From Podarcis cretensis (Eukaryota), in assembly GCA_951804945.1 (NCBI GenBank), contig OX638156.1, positions 61,628,001 through 61,692,000 on the forward strand: DNA of 64,000 nucleotides, read 5' to 3'. Made by a program: the position numbers and the translations under genes. This document shows, piece by piece, positions 35,638-48,202 of the stretch. The notes under the pieces were generated by a model, which saw only the letters and a list, made by a program, of their open reading frames with translations, made no database searches and was not told where the DNA came from. Position 1 is the first letter of the stretch; each line of letters opens with the position of its first letter.

Positions 35638-36463
35638 TGTCAGAGCTGCCTCTAGGTCCCAGCTCACAGAGGACCAACGCTAGGCTGTAGTAATGTACAA
35701 AAGTCTTTATTGAAGTTCAGTTTCCATTTCAAAGCCACAGCGTGCAGCCCTACGTCTTGAACCCTAGATCGGCGAAGTCCCGTCTGAGTCTCCTCCCCTA
35801 TGACACCAGTTTAAGATCCTAGCCCTGCTCCACCTTTTACACTGCTCTCTCCTCCTCTGGGTCCTCCTGCCCGCTGGGGCATTGCCCTTTCTGGACTCTT
35901 CCGACGCTGAGTCACTTAGCTCCTCCCCCTCCCTCCGGCGGGCTTTAGGACCCGGTTCCCAATCCTCATTCTCTGCTGTCCCGCGCTCCTTTACATTTGA
36001 ACTTGCCTCTCGCGCCAACCCAGTGACCTTCCTCCTGACCGTTACACTACTTCTGCCACTGCTTCCCTCTTCCGGGATACTGGCCGGATCTGACCTCCCC
36101 TCCGTTGTCTGACTCTCCGATGGAGGCGTGGTCAGCCCTGACTCCTCTCCTCTCCCTGCTGGGGGAGACGCTACTCCCGATACCTGTGACTCTTCCCCCC
36201 CACTAAGCTCCGGTGGGGAAGCTGGTCCTGATTTCCAACTGCTGCTCTGGGAGTCCCCGCTGGCCCCTTGCTTCTGGGGTGTCCCCCTTGGGACCCCCCT
36301 TGCCCTGGCCACCGACGCCCCCTTCTGTGAATCTTCCGATTCGCTGGAGAGGCTCATGGAATCTCTCGGGCCACTGTCATCTTCTCCTACGCTGCCCTCA
36401 GATTCTTCCCCTTCGCTCTCCATCTCCCCTCTTCCCTGTGCTTCTGCTCCCGAACCCCTGACA
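35638..36463 (-). mobile_element. Solo LTR (826 bp) of a second LTR family
   Basis: TGTCAG...CTGACA termini; minus-strand AATAAA about 70 nt from the 3' end (~35707-35712); sharp GC/CpG step against the flanks; no clean TSD (ACACG vs ATCAC). Confidence 0.72.
35764..36423 (-). CDS. LTR-internal ORF, 219 aa: S/E/G-rich, acidic N-terminus, Arg-rich C-terminus (RRTQRRREQCKRWSRARILNWC)
   Basis: ATG 40 nt inside the LTR in a strong Kozak context (GAGATGG); covers about 80% of the LTR without a stop; expression not shown. Confidence 0.4.
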   Translation of the reverse strand: MESEGEESEGSVGEDDSGPRDSMSLSSESEDSQKGASVARARGVPRGTPQKQGASGDSQSSSWKSGPASPPELSGGEESQVSGVASPPAGRGEESGLTTPPSESQTTEGRSDPASIPEEGSSGRSSVTVRRKVTGLAREASSNVKERGTAENEDWEPGPKARRREGEELSDSASEESRKGNAPAGRRTQRRREQCKRWSRARILNWCHRGGDSDGTSPI

Positions 36464-37108
36464 ATCACAGTTACAGGTTTGCTGAGCTTGACCCAGAAAA
36501 GCAAGAGTGTTGGGTGTGCTACCAGGAGCAAATGCTTTGAATGTGCTGTTGCTAGTCTGGGGCATATGGGATGCAGTGTCCTAAAAATGTAAATAAATAC
36601 ACTGGGACGGGGTGCTTTCTGCAGTTTCTGAAGATGGAGGCAAAACTTGTCCCAATTTGTTAAATTTCAAAAGGTCGTGAAACAAGTTTGTCTTCAGGGC
36701 GAAAGCAAATACGACATTTCTAGGCTGGTCAGGCTAGCACTGAAGCACCCTGACTATGGTTTCTTCAAGCATGCTTGTTGCTTTCCAGGGTCAAATTCTG
36801 AAATGAGTGGTTTTGCAAACTGGCAGAAAACCCCCGTTGCAAAATCAATGATTGGCCAGCACCAGTGATGTCTCCAATATACCTCTTTATTTTGTTCCAC
36901 TAGAGCTTGTAGCTTCAAGGGAATTTGAAGCAGCCAGACCTAAGTTAAACTTGCATCAGGTGCAATCTCTTTTGATATAGCCACATATCAAAGGTGGGTT
37001 CCAGAAAATGTAACTAGCGTGGGCTAGAGATACAGGAAGTTCTGTCAGAACCATGGAGAGCTCCCAGTGGTTCTCTTGTCTTTTTGGCTCTTCCTATTGC
37101 AGAAAAGG

Positions 37109-37476
37109 GGGACGCGGGTGGCGCTGTGGGTAAAACCTCAGTGCCTAGGACTTGCTGATCGTAAGGTCGGTGGTTCGAATCCCCATGGCGGGGTGAGCTC
37201 CCGTCGTTCGGTCCCAGCTCCTGCCCACCTAGCAGTTCGAAAGCACCCCTAAGTGCAAGTAGATAAATAGGTACCGCTTTATGGCAGGAAGGTAAACGGC
37301 GTTTCCGTGTGCGGCGCTGGTGCTGGCTTGCCAGCTGCAGCTTCATCACACTGGTCATGAGACCCGGAAGTGTTTTCGGACGGCGCTGGCTCCCGGCCTC
37401 TTAAGTGAGATGAGCGCACAACCCTAGAGTCGGACACGACTGGCCCGTATGGGCAGGGGTACATTTACCTTTACCT
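37109..37476 (+). mobile_element. Sauria SINE, distinct subfamily
   Basis: Shared head, different central and 3' body; ACCTTT tail; short flanking repeat TATTGCA. Confidence 0.88.
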
Positions 37477-37934
37477 TATTGCATCAAAGGCAAAATGTTG
37501 TCTCAGAAAAGGACTGAAGGCTTATGAAGACAGCTAAGGGATGTTCTTTACTAGCTCTGACATGCCTTGAAGAACTGCCTGCCCCCGTTTTAACATGCTT
37601 TTTTAAAAGGGCCTTTGTCTGGTTTATAACGTCTGGATTTTGTGAGATGGAAATTCTACTGGGAACTCATTTTGGGGTCATGTGAAAGGGGGAAGCACCA
37701 TGTACTCAGACCTGGATGGAGGAGGTGCTGAAGTCCCTCCTGAGTCTTCCTTGGGGAACTGCAGGAGGCCAGGTCCAAAGGTCATACAAACCTGTTAATG
37801 AAGAAATATGAATAGAAAAAGTATCTTAAACATTAAAGGTGAGCAAGTCCAACAACAGTTCTAACATGATGCACTACCAACATTCATATAACAAAGCCCA
37901 AAGGAAGCCAGGTTTACACTGCAAGTGAAGAATT

Positions 37935-38140
37935 TCATTTCTTTCTTTCTTTTTGTATGCACATTCCATCTTTCCTTCAAGGAGTTACCCTTATTTTATT
38001 TCCACAACAACCCTGTGATGCAGATTAGGCTGAGAAAAAGTATCTGAACCAAAATAACCCAGCAAGCTTTGTGGTGAAGTGCTGGTTTGAACCTGGGTTT
38101 CCCCGTTCCTGGTCCAATTTCTAGCTGCAACATGACACCA
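37935..38140 (-). mobile_element. Squam3A-like SINE, diverged
   Basis: CACAACAACCCTGTGA..TTAGGCTGAGA core. Confidence 0.6.
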
Positions 38141-40164
38141 ATCCTCTGTGATTTCTTCAAGTAAGAAATCTGCAATCTAGCCACATCCTTAGATTTCCTG
38201 CAAATTACCAAAACCATTAATTAAGCCTGGGATTGCTCTTGACACTGTGTAGCTGTGTAGTCTTCTCCCCAGCCAGAACATCTTAAAAGTCTTTGAATTA
38301 TTTTTCTTAATACTGTTACTATTTAATGGCTAGAGAGAAAATTAGCACATGTTCCAGTTGTGTTAATTAAGACTTTCTTCTACATGATTACACATGAGAT
38401 GTTCATTCTCCCACCCTTGAGTTCAACGGGCACCAAATCAAGCTCTGGTTTTGTACTGTTGCTATTAGGCCCATGGAATTTGGCTTTCAGGGACAATTGT
38501 AAATCAGCAGGATCAAAGAATTATAGCTCAAGGTGGAAAGCATGCCTGAAGAATTTGAAAACACGATTGATCTCCTGGGCAGACCTCCATATTTGTCAGG
38601 AATTCATACAGTAGCATCACCCCTCTTTAATTTAGAAGCCCAGTTAAACAAAAATATTTTAATTACATCCTTCCTCGCACCAAGGATGTCCAATCTTGTT
38701 CTCTCTTCCCACCCCCAGCTCTGAAATTAGATCATGCCACTTGAGCACAGTTGTATAATAACAAATAATTATAATGTTAAATCTCCTTTCAGGATAGCAA
38801 TAAATAAAGAAGTGATTCTGTTTGGATTTTTAAAAAGAAGAAAACTCCAAATAACCAGGGAAAGAAATTGTACATGTGATAGACAAGCTAGTACCCTGGA
38901 GTGCATATTCAGACACCCAGAAAATAAGATTTTTTAATAAAGGTTTGATTACTTTGTCAAATTATTAGGGACTCCATATGGAACGGATAATATTATGATG
39001 GTGGTGCAGTGAGTGTATGTGTCATGTTCCTCACTTTACTAGGCAAGAGATAGTAAAGCATAAAGAAGGCCTGCAATCCTGCAACTACTCATTCAACAGC
39101 TGATTCTACTGACATCACGGGGAATATAGGAAGAGAATATAGATTTGTAAATGAAGATATGGAATGTAAAATTCCAATTAATTTTCTGTTACTGTTGACC
39201 TGAAGGATTCAAGTACATATAAAAACAGTCCTTGGGTTAGCACTGGCAACTTTTGAAAAAATCAAGCTTTGTTGTCCAAGGTGTCTTCTAAACGCATTGC
39301 AAATATCTTTGGTAGGTAATACCTTTTCCGTCCACAGATTTTATGGATTTCCAGTTATAAAGGTTGCAATGAATAGCATCCAGTTTTGATTTTCATTTCA
39401 ACCAGAGCAATTTCACCGGGGTGGAAATATTTCCTAAAAAACACCACTTTTTGGTATTTTTTGGCCACCTTTTCTCAATTCCTGTTTTGCCATTACACCC
39501 CTCCTGTATTTTTGCCTTAAAAGAAAAAGAAAAATCCTAGGAGATGCTTCCTTCTTCCTTTTGGCTTAGAAACATAGGTGACAGTAATCAAATATGGATA
39601 ATGTAGCAAACTGGATGACATTATGACACTTCATAGGCAATCATTTTTGTCTATGTGATAACTGAGGGAAAGTGAGGGCTACTGATGGTAAGGTGAATGC
39701 ATTCTGAATTAGCCAAGTGTGTGAACCTAGTAAAGGGATAATACAGTGGTAATCATGATGATAATCAGAGTTAGCTAGTTAGTTAGTTAGCCATCCCTGA
39801 AAGAAGTCACTTAAGAGTGAGAGCAAGGCAGGGCAATGAGAAGGAGCGCTGATCATTCCTAAAAAAAGGCTCAGCATTTTTCTTCACTGATAAAAAAATG
39901 TTCATTAAAAAAAAAACCTGGTATACTCTCAGGCAAAGTTCACTCTATTCCCATTATTAGATTATGTTCAGCAGTACAGATCAAACTTAGACATTCTTTT
40001 GAAACTGAAATCAAAGGGCTCTAAAATCCCCTCTCAAAATCAGACACAGTTATGTTAATTTTGACGTTCTTGGTGCCATCTACCAAACCAACTTCTTTTG
40101 GGATGAAGAGTTTCGATACACGAAACTCCTCAACCAGGGAAGAAGGAAGGGAGAAATGGAGACA

Positions 40165-40332
40165 GATATGCTTCTGAATACCAGTCGCTAGAAACCTCAG
40201 CAGGAGAGTGCGCTCTTGTACTCATGATCTGCTTGCAGGTTTCCCATTGGAGCAGCTGGTTGGCATGTGTGAGAACATGATGCTGGAATAAATGGGTCAT
40301 TGGCCTCATTCAGCAGGCTCTTCTTATGTCCT
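40165..40332 (+). mobile_element. CR1 3' UTR fragment
   Basis: ATGCTTCTGAATACCAGT...GGCTCTTCTTATGT. Confidence 0.65.
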
Positions 40333-40410
40333 TGTGGTTAATAAAGAACTAATAAGACCCTTTGCCTTTTCATTACAGGGAATGTGGGAGCTGTCCCTTC
40401 TCTTAAAGTA

Positions 40411-40580
40411 ACGTATTTTTCCATCTATAAGATGCCCCCATGTATAAGACGCCCCCTATTTTGGGGGACTCCAATTTAAGAAAATGGGGGAAGATACTAT
40501 CCATGTATAAGATGAGCCCAGATTTTGAACATTATTTTAGAGTTAAAAAAACCCATAGTCTTATACATGGAAAAGTATGG
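40411..40580. mobile_element. Tc1/mariner-type MITE
   Basis: TA|ACGTATTTTTCCATCTATAAGA ... TCTTATACATGGAAAAGTATGG|TA with internal repeats of CATGTATAAGA. Confidence 0.75.
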
Positions 40581-42465
40581 TAAGTCAAAACACCTTAATC
40601 ATGCATAACCATTTAAAGTTTCTCAAAGGACCAAGCCAAGTTTCTGACTTGGCTGAGAGATCAGGAGCCCAGAGGTTGCCATTTTGAAAATGGAGCATAG
40701 TGAGAGGAGGTGGGCGAGAATGACATAAAAATGGCAACCACTGGGCTGCCAGTATCTGAGGCAAGTCAAGGTTTAGAGCCAGAGCTTCCCTATTAAATGT
40801 GGTAAAGACAAAAAAATAAAAATCCTTGCCAACTTGTAAGTATTATTCCCCACTGCTTCAAATGTCTGTGGTATTCTTTGGGAGGTTGTTTGCCCCCCCC
40901 CCCCATCAAACCTATGAAAATTCAGCTGGGCTGAATGGATGGACCTGCCCTCATTAAAAGCCCTCTCCACGATTTTTGAGTTTTGCAATGCCTGTCATCG
41001 TGCCTTTGCGGAGAGGAGCAAAACATGTTCCCGTTACAGCTTTCTCTGCCCATGTTATGAGGTAGAATCTGTGCTCTGCTCCCAACCTTATGTAAAAAGT
41101 ACTCGAAAAGCACTCCAGAGATGAATAACTTTGATTCTACTACACCTGTCAAGACATTTAGGAAATGTGACTTCAGAATGATGCTCATCCATTTAAAAGA
41201 TGCTCTTCAAAGGTTTTCCTGAAATCACCACCAGCACCGCGGATAATTCGACAATAATGTGTCCTCTGTTGTTAATCAGTAAGTCATTAACCTTAACTGG
41301 ATTAGAATATAAGGACTTGTAAGGGAAAAATTAAAGCCCCTTCAAACCGTAAGTCCTGATTCCATGTGCAGTACTTTACTCTACCAAGCGCTGATTTAGT
41401 TGTCCAAGGCAGGGCAAGTTACAATGACGGCTTGGCTGTGGACAGGTGAAAGCTTTTTTCACTGCTGTGTGATAGAGCATCGGCTTTGCATCCTTGGCAC
41501 CTCCAGTTCAGACAGGGATAGGCAAAGTTTTGGGGTCAGAGGCCACATTACATCTTGGGAAAGTGGTTTGGGGGGGGGGGTTGCACATACCAGCAGCACA
41601 CAGGGACAAAGCCAAAAGTATGTGACAGAGGAGGTACACTTTCCTTCTGTTGGGGATAAAGAACCTTGCTAGCCTCCAGTGGGCAGGGGACAGGGTTGAG
41701 ACTAACAAATAAGGAAAAATGCACTTTGTGCTTTCTTGCAAAACTCTCAAACTCCCCTCTCTCCCCTCTCCCTTTCTGTCTCCTCTAGTGATGCAGCCAT
41801 GAAACTTGCTTTTTCTGTGTAGGCTTAGAATCCAAAGCCATCCTTATAAATATGAAAAAGCATTTTTTTCTTTACAATTTGTGTTTTTATTTACTATTTT
41901 AAACAATGCTATGGTGTGTGAATGAGAAAGAATGGGAGGACGACTGGGTAACCCATGCATTTGACCTTGCAATATAAATCATTTTAAAAGGCACCCAAGG
42001 CTTTCTTGATTTTACTTCTCTTCCTGTAGTTCAGCCACAAAGTACATGATCCTAGAGAGGAATGACACTCTGGTTGGGACAGGATTTCCTGGTGGCTCTT
42101 ATGTTTCTCCTGCCAGCTCTTCTGCTTCTCACTGTAGTACTGATAGAGCTTCACAGGGAACTCCAGAGAGGAAGGTTGAGGTCTGCACACAGCCCACGGG
42201 CTATGGGTTGCCCTACTGGGAGTTAGGCAAGGACCCTAAATAATAGGGCTGGTTAAGACATCTTCCTGCAACCTTGAAGCACCAGTGCCTGCCAGAGAAT
42301 ATAGTGTTATAGGTGGATGGAGCCCATTGGGACTCGAAGGGGGAAGGCAGGGAGACTAACAGCAGGTGGAGTCAGGGAGCCAACTAATTCTAGCTTCCTC
42401 CCTGGTATGTTCTACAAGGGGCATCACTGAGAGGACATTGACAGGTAAGGCGACCCTCTCTAGAC

Positions 42466-42601
42466 CAACCTTTCTCAGCCTTGGGTTCTCAGATGTTGGT
42501 AGACAACAACTCCTATCATCCATAGACAGCAGGGGCAGCAGTCAGGGATGATGGGACCCATAGTCCAACAACATATAAGGACACAGTATTGAGAATGCCT
42601 G
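42466..42601. mobile_element. 136-bp hAT MITE, older copy
   Basis: Perfect TSD CTCTAGAC (42458-42465, 42602-42609); same core as 31588 and 57698. Confidence 0.75.
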
Positions 42602-42878
42602 CTCTAGACTGACTGTAAGGCAGACTGTAAGAACAGGTTGAAGTTGGCCAGTCAGTGTCCCCTATTGTCCTAATAGACCAGCTTCTGCTGGGTAGTCCTG
42701 AGCTAGCAGATGGCAAATCCCCACGTCTATCATAAGGAGAGTGACTTACATATGAATACTGAGATGCCATCTGTGACCCATCAGTGGTAGGTTGAAAACC
42801 ATACACGTGCAAAGGGCAAGAGTGGAAGTTTAGTTGCTGGAGGAGAAGCCTGTTTTCTAATTACTAGAAGCTTACATA

Positions 42879-43229
42879 TAGTGCCGGATTTACGTATAAG
42901 CTAAACAAGCTATAGCTTAGGGCCCCACTCTGCTGGGGCCCCCAAAAAAATTAAAGGGGAAAAAATCCCCTGGATGTACATTTCCAAAATATAAGATAAA
43001 AAACAAATAAAATAAAACCTTGATACAGCAACACTGTTTTGTGTACTAAAATACATATTTTGTGATGTGCAAATGGCTTTAGATACCTATTAGGTCCATA
43101 CATTGCCATATAGCATATATTCAACACAAAAAACAGTGACAATTTGTTGTTGACAAAGGACAGCTGGACATATAAAGGGCCCCATTACCTTCAGTAGGTT
43201 AGGGCCTCATCAAACCTTTTCCAGCCCTG
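42879..43229. mobile_element. hAT non-autonomous element
   Basis: TAGTGCCGGA ... TCCAGCCCTG imperfect termini; TSD CTTACATA/CTTATATA. Confidence 0.7.
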
Positions 43230-43612
43230 CTTATATACAGAGGAAGGAGCAGTAGAACCACCCTGCTAGACCTGCTCTTGATGTTGGATGTGCCACTGAG
43301 CCCTCCCCTTGAACGCCCAGCAATTGCATAGAAACTTTGACACCAGCAGTTGCTCTTGCAAAGGCTTTTCTTCCTTTCACCAGTTAGGGTCTCTTGAGTC
43401 TTCTTTAAGGGTGTTCTGGCAAATTGCCTTTCTTTTTCTCAAGGACAGTTTTCCAATTGCTGGCTCACAGTCTAGTATAAGTGCACAACATTCCCTGCTC
43501 AATGTGCTTTGATTGTCTGTCTCTTTCACCAGGGGGTTGGGCTAGATGACCCTTGGTAACCCTGCCAACCCCATAATCCTATGATTCTTTACTACGCTGT
43601 TGTTTACAATAA

Positions 43613-45822
43613 CACTGGGCAACAATTTTTTACTTTTTGAATGTTGTCTAGATTTCTGCAATTGATTTAGGGTATTTTTGCAATGCTGAATCAGGAAATG
43701 GCATCCGTTTCTCTCCATCAGGTCAGGTTTTTGTGCTATGTTGATTTGAAAAAAATCAGATCTTGTGACAAAATTGATTACATTTTTGTGGCATTATCAG
43801 CTGATTTTTGTCAACACATATCATCCTAAATATGTTTTTAAGAGAAAAAAAAATGTTTTCCCAACAACATATATTGATTACATGATAGAAACATCGATTA
43901 CTGTAAACTGAATGGTGGGCTTTGATAAAGGTAAGTACATGTAAATTGCATGTTGCTTCACCATTTTTCTCTCTTCAGAGTCCAACAGTAGTCAGCCATC
44001 ATGACTGCATTCCAGTGACCCTGATACCTGGTCTCCATCTCTTTCATGTCCTGATGGAATCTCTCCCCCTGCTCGTCACTCATTGAACCCAGGTTCTCAG
44101 GAAACCAGTCCATATGTGAAAATAGGTAGTGCATCTTGACACTCATGTTGCAGCCCAGGTTTCTGAAAGCAGTCAGCATGTTGTTGACAAGTTTTGCATA
44201 GTTTTTGGCCTTATTGTTGCCAAGAAAGTTCTTCACTACCAAAACAAATGCCTTCCACGCTTCCAGTTCCACTTCGTTCATTGAGTTTCCAAACTCTGGA
44301 TCTCTGATGAGCTGACGGATCTGAGGACCGTCAAGGATGCCAGCTTTTAACTTCTCCATGGTCAATCCTGGAAAAGCCTGGCACAAGTAAGTGAAGCAGT
44401 CACCATCGTTGTCCAGAGCCTTGGTGAACTGCTTGATTAAGCCAAGCTTGATTTGTAGCGGTGGGAAGAGTATTCTGTCTCTGTCCACCAGAGGGTCGTT
44501 GATGACGTTCCTTTCTTTGCAAGGCACCAATTCCTCCCGCACAGGCCAGTCCTTCTTCGTGTAATGCTGAGCACGGTCCCTACTATCCCACATGCACAGA
44601 AAACATGGGTACTTGGTGAAGCCAGACTGTTGTCCCAACAAAAAGTTCACCATCTTCAGGTCAACACAAATAAACCACTTATGCTGATCATAAACAATTT
44701 TCTCCAGCACTTACTTCACCTCTTCATAGTTCTCCTTCAGTGTAGTCAAGTGAGCCAGGGTTATAGAGGCAAACTGGTTGCCATTGTGCAGCAGAACACA
44801 TTTCAGTGATTGCTTGCTGCTGTCAATGAACAGTCTCCAATCTTTGGGTTCGTACTGTGGCACTCCAAGCTTGAGCAGAAGCTGCGCAATATCTGCACAG
44901 TACACCAAGTCCTTCTCTTCCGAGAAAAAATGTAGGTACTCTTGATGCCTGTTGTGGAAGAAGCTGATGCGAGGACTGTCAGAGAGGAGGTTTCTTTCCT
45001 TCAATCTGGATGCCAACAGTTTGGCAGAGTCCTTTGACAAGCTGAGGTCGCGAACTAGATCATTCAACTCCTTTTGGGAAAATGGATGTGGAGTATCATC
45101 TTCAAGAACCACTTCTTCTTCATGTCCTTCAACACTGGAGGCATCTTTGTCACTAATGTCAGGAAGTTCTCCGAAGATAGGCACTGGAATTTTATCACAA
45201 TGAGCTACAGGACGACGTGCTGATTGAAGATCAGGATACTCGAGGCTGCTCCGGTTCTTTCTGTTGATCCCAGTCACATCAACAGCGCAGAAGTAGCAGT
45301 CAGTGACATGGTTTGTTGGCTCCCTCCAAACCATGGGAATTCCAAAGTTCAGACTCCTCTTGCCATTGGTCCACCCATGTAGAGTCTCAGTGCATGCCTT
45401 GCACACCATGTGTGGCGCCCATGGTTTATCCTGGTCGCCAAGTTTAATACCAAAATAAGCATGGTAAGCAACTTTATGCTTTGCCACACCAATTTATGGA
45501 AGATTTTGAGGTTTTATGACTTCAAACTGATCCCTTTTCAACATAATCACCCAGAACTATCGGACCTGAATACTTCTTGTCATTAAAATAATCATTTCCA
45601 ATCAAAACAATTATTCAACATGGCATTTTACCCCCACCAACTTCTTCTAAAATGCTCCACACAAGCGTACATGTGAACAAAAACGTAAAAAAATGACATG
45701 TGGCCATAGCTCAAAAACTTGACCTGATTGAGCAAAACCAATGTGATTTTTGGATTCAGTGCATCAGATTCATCCTAAATCAACTGAAAAAACGCAGACA
45801 ACAAATTTGTTGTTGACCAGTG
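43613..45822 (-). mobile_element. Chapaev3-type (CMC superfamily) DNA transposon, 2210 bp
   Basis: Termini CACTGGGCAACAA / TTGTTGACCAGTG; TAA TSD (43610-43612, 45823-45825); ~130-bp patchy subterminal inverted similarity; transposase frame inside. Confidence 0.85.
43958..45487 (-). pseudogene. Chapaev3-like DDE transposase with one in-frame TAA (44713-44711) and no ATG start
   Basis: Two abutting in-frame ORFs: LGDQDKPWAPHMVCKAC, PMVWREPTNHVTDCYFC, WRLFIDSS, CVDLKMV, KYPCFLCMWDSR, DGPQIR, SDEQGERFHQD, MMADYCW. Confidence 0.88.
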
Positions 45823-48202
45823 TAATTCTTCATCTATGAGCTGACTAATTCGCCATTCCTTATTCTTGTTCTCTGACAAAAGGTTGGCCAAAACCTGTTT
45901 GTTCACTGTGCGTGAGGATGCACCGTTGTGTGAAAAATCAGGCTATTTCACATCTTACCACTTTCTGTGTGATTAATAATTATATAGCAAAGAGCATTTT
46001 TTCTTTCTTTCTGTGGATCCATGATAACTGCTCCAAAACCATGTATCTTTATTCAACATGCTTATCCTTTAACGGTGCATAGGCAATTTCCACTCCTGAA
46101 AATGAAAACCCCAAATATTTTATGCCACTTCATTGATAATCCCTTTACTAGCCTTTTCTCCCGATCTTATCAGCCACTCTGCTTGCATATATAGAGAGAA
46201 GGTTATGAGTATGGAGAGCTACAGCACTGCAACGTTATGGCAATCAATGTTTAATCCTTTCCACCAGCTTTAAACATATTTGGAATATTGCACTAGGCCA
46301 ACTCAACAGCATTACTTAAGCCATTTTCAATTCTCTCCATATTTACTAGGTGCATGTATGTGGATGTGTGTGAACACACCCTCATACATAGATATATGAT
46401 TTAATTCTCTCCAGTCTGTTTGCAATAGACTTTTAATGTTTGCAGTCTCAAACAGTAGTGATCCTCCATCAGATGGCACTGTTTGGATTTAGGATTTATA
46501 TGCACAGAAGCCTGTTAATGTTTCTGTAGATCTCAGACTTTCTTCTCATTTGTTATTATTTCCAACTTTAAAAAGAGTGAGCATCGATTTAAAGGGACGT
46601 TTTTCTACTACCTAGGCAAAAGGGAGTTAACGTCAACTTCTGAAAAAGTTGCTTGCATTCACCTTTCTTTCAAACCAAAATATTGAATCCCAGGGTTTCC
46701 AAGGGCATTGGAAACCCCACTTGGAACTGCATTTATCGTGGCATCTAGCTTGCTACAGAGACTTTGTCCTCAAAGTGGCTAGCAAGCAAATCACAGAGGC
46801 TTTCAGAGGTGTCCTGGGCTCCACCCACAAATCCTAGATATCAACAACCCACCAACCACCCTGAAGTTCTCTGCTGGACAATTACTCAAGGGCACGATGG
46901 AAACAGCCAAGTAGACCCTCTTCACTGCTTTCACTGCCACACAGTAGACATGATTATGGGCTCTGGCATGTGTTTGGTTATCTTCCACCTGCACCCTAGC
47001 CATTGTTAAGCCTGTTTCAACTCATGTAGCTCCCACAGAGCTACAGACCTTCATATTTTTATTGGTTTTGCACTGTTGCTTTTTTTTTGATGCTATTGTT
47101 TTTTATATTGCACAGCATTTAGATATTTTTAAAATATTAAGCTGTTCAGAAATGCTTTAAATAAAATAAATAAGTGACTGTGGTAGCTGCTGAAACTGCT
47201 ACCTGCTACTGTCACCTAGAAGCTTCCTACTACATAAAGTCATATTCACTGGTTCCTGTCTGAACTATGGCTTGATTAAGGATTAACTGGTTGTTGATGG
47301 ATTAAAATAAAACAATTCTCCCCTGATTTTTAAAATAAATCATTAATGAGAAGCTCCGCCCCACCAAACTTTTGCACCCCTTGATTCACACTCATCCCCT
47401 AGCTGATGCTATGTACAGCATATCTTCATGAATATCTGATTAATTTGCTTTGGACAAATATAGAAACTCTAATTTTGTAGAATTTCTTAGAAGGAGGTTC
47501 TAAGTCACTGAGCGCCGATCTATGTTGGATAATTTCAAGTGTGTGTGTATTTCAAGTGTTTCATTACTCTGACTTGGAGATAAAAGGTCAAATCTAAGTG
47601 CCGAATACTTGCAAACACAAAAGCTGCACTTCAGTGACTTGCTTTCATCAAAGCTTTTCTCTTTTCCTTTTCCTTTTTTTTAAAGAAGTGGAGTGGTTTG
47701 CATTGTAACTATCAGAAAAAGAAACCTTTCCTTTTCCATTCTTTTCTTTCTTTTTGGCTACGTCCTCTTTTTCTCATTGAATTGTTCAGCCATTTGTAAG
47801 CTCTGTCTAATGTCAGCTCTTTCCACTTCAAGAACAAATTGACCATTTTCGTTTCTTCCTGTAATAAAGAAAAATGCATACGGTGTCCTACTGGGTAGCA
47901 ATGTGGAGGGAATTTTAAATATATATCCCTTGTTAAGATAATGGGAAGAGATGTGTCAGGAGGGGATCCTCTCTTGCTTCTTTTCCATGCAGCAGGGCTG
48001 GTGGGAACTCGGGGTTGCTCGGCTCAGAATACAAATTTTCTGTTCTCATAATGCTTGTGTGTATTCTGAGTTGGGTGCCAGTCCCAAATTATTCCTCTCT
48101 GGCTCAGTGGTGGTTGGCACCCATTGGGAATGATAAGACAGCAGGGAGACCAGTGTCTGGTGGAGCCAGAGTCAAGGACAGGGAGCACGAATTTATTCCA
48201 AT

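Noticed and set aside
40922-41188. Minus-strand acceptor-like sites with open frames (41143; also 58805 and 12303)
   Set aside because: An acceptor alone without a convincing donor or homology is expected by chance in 64 kb.
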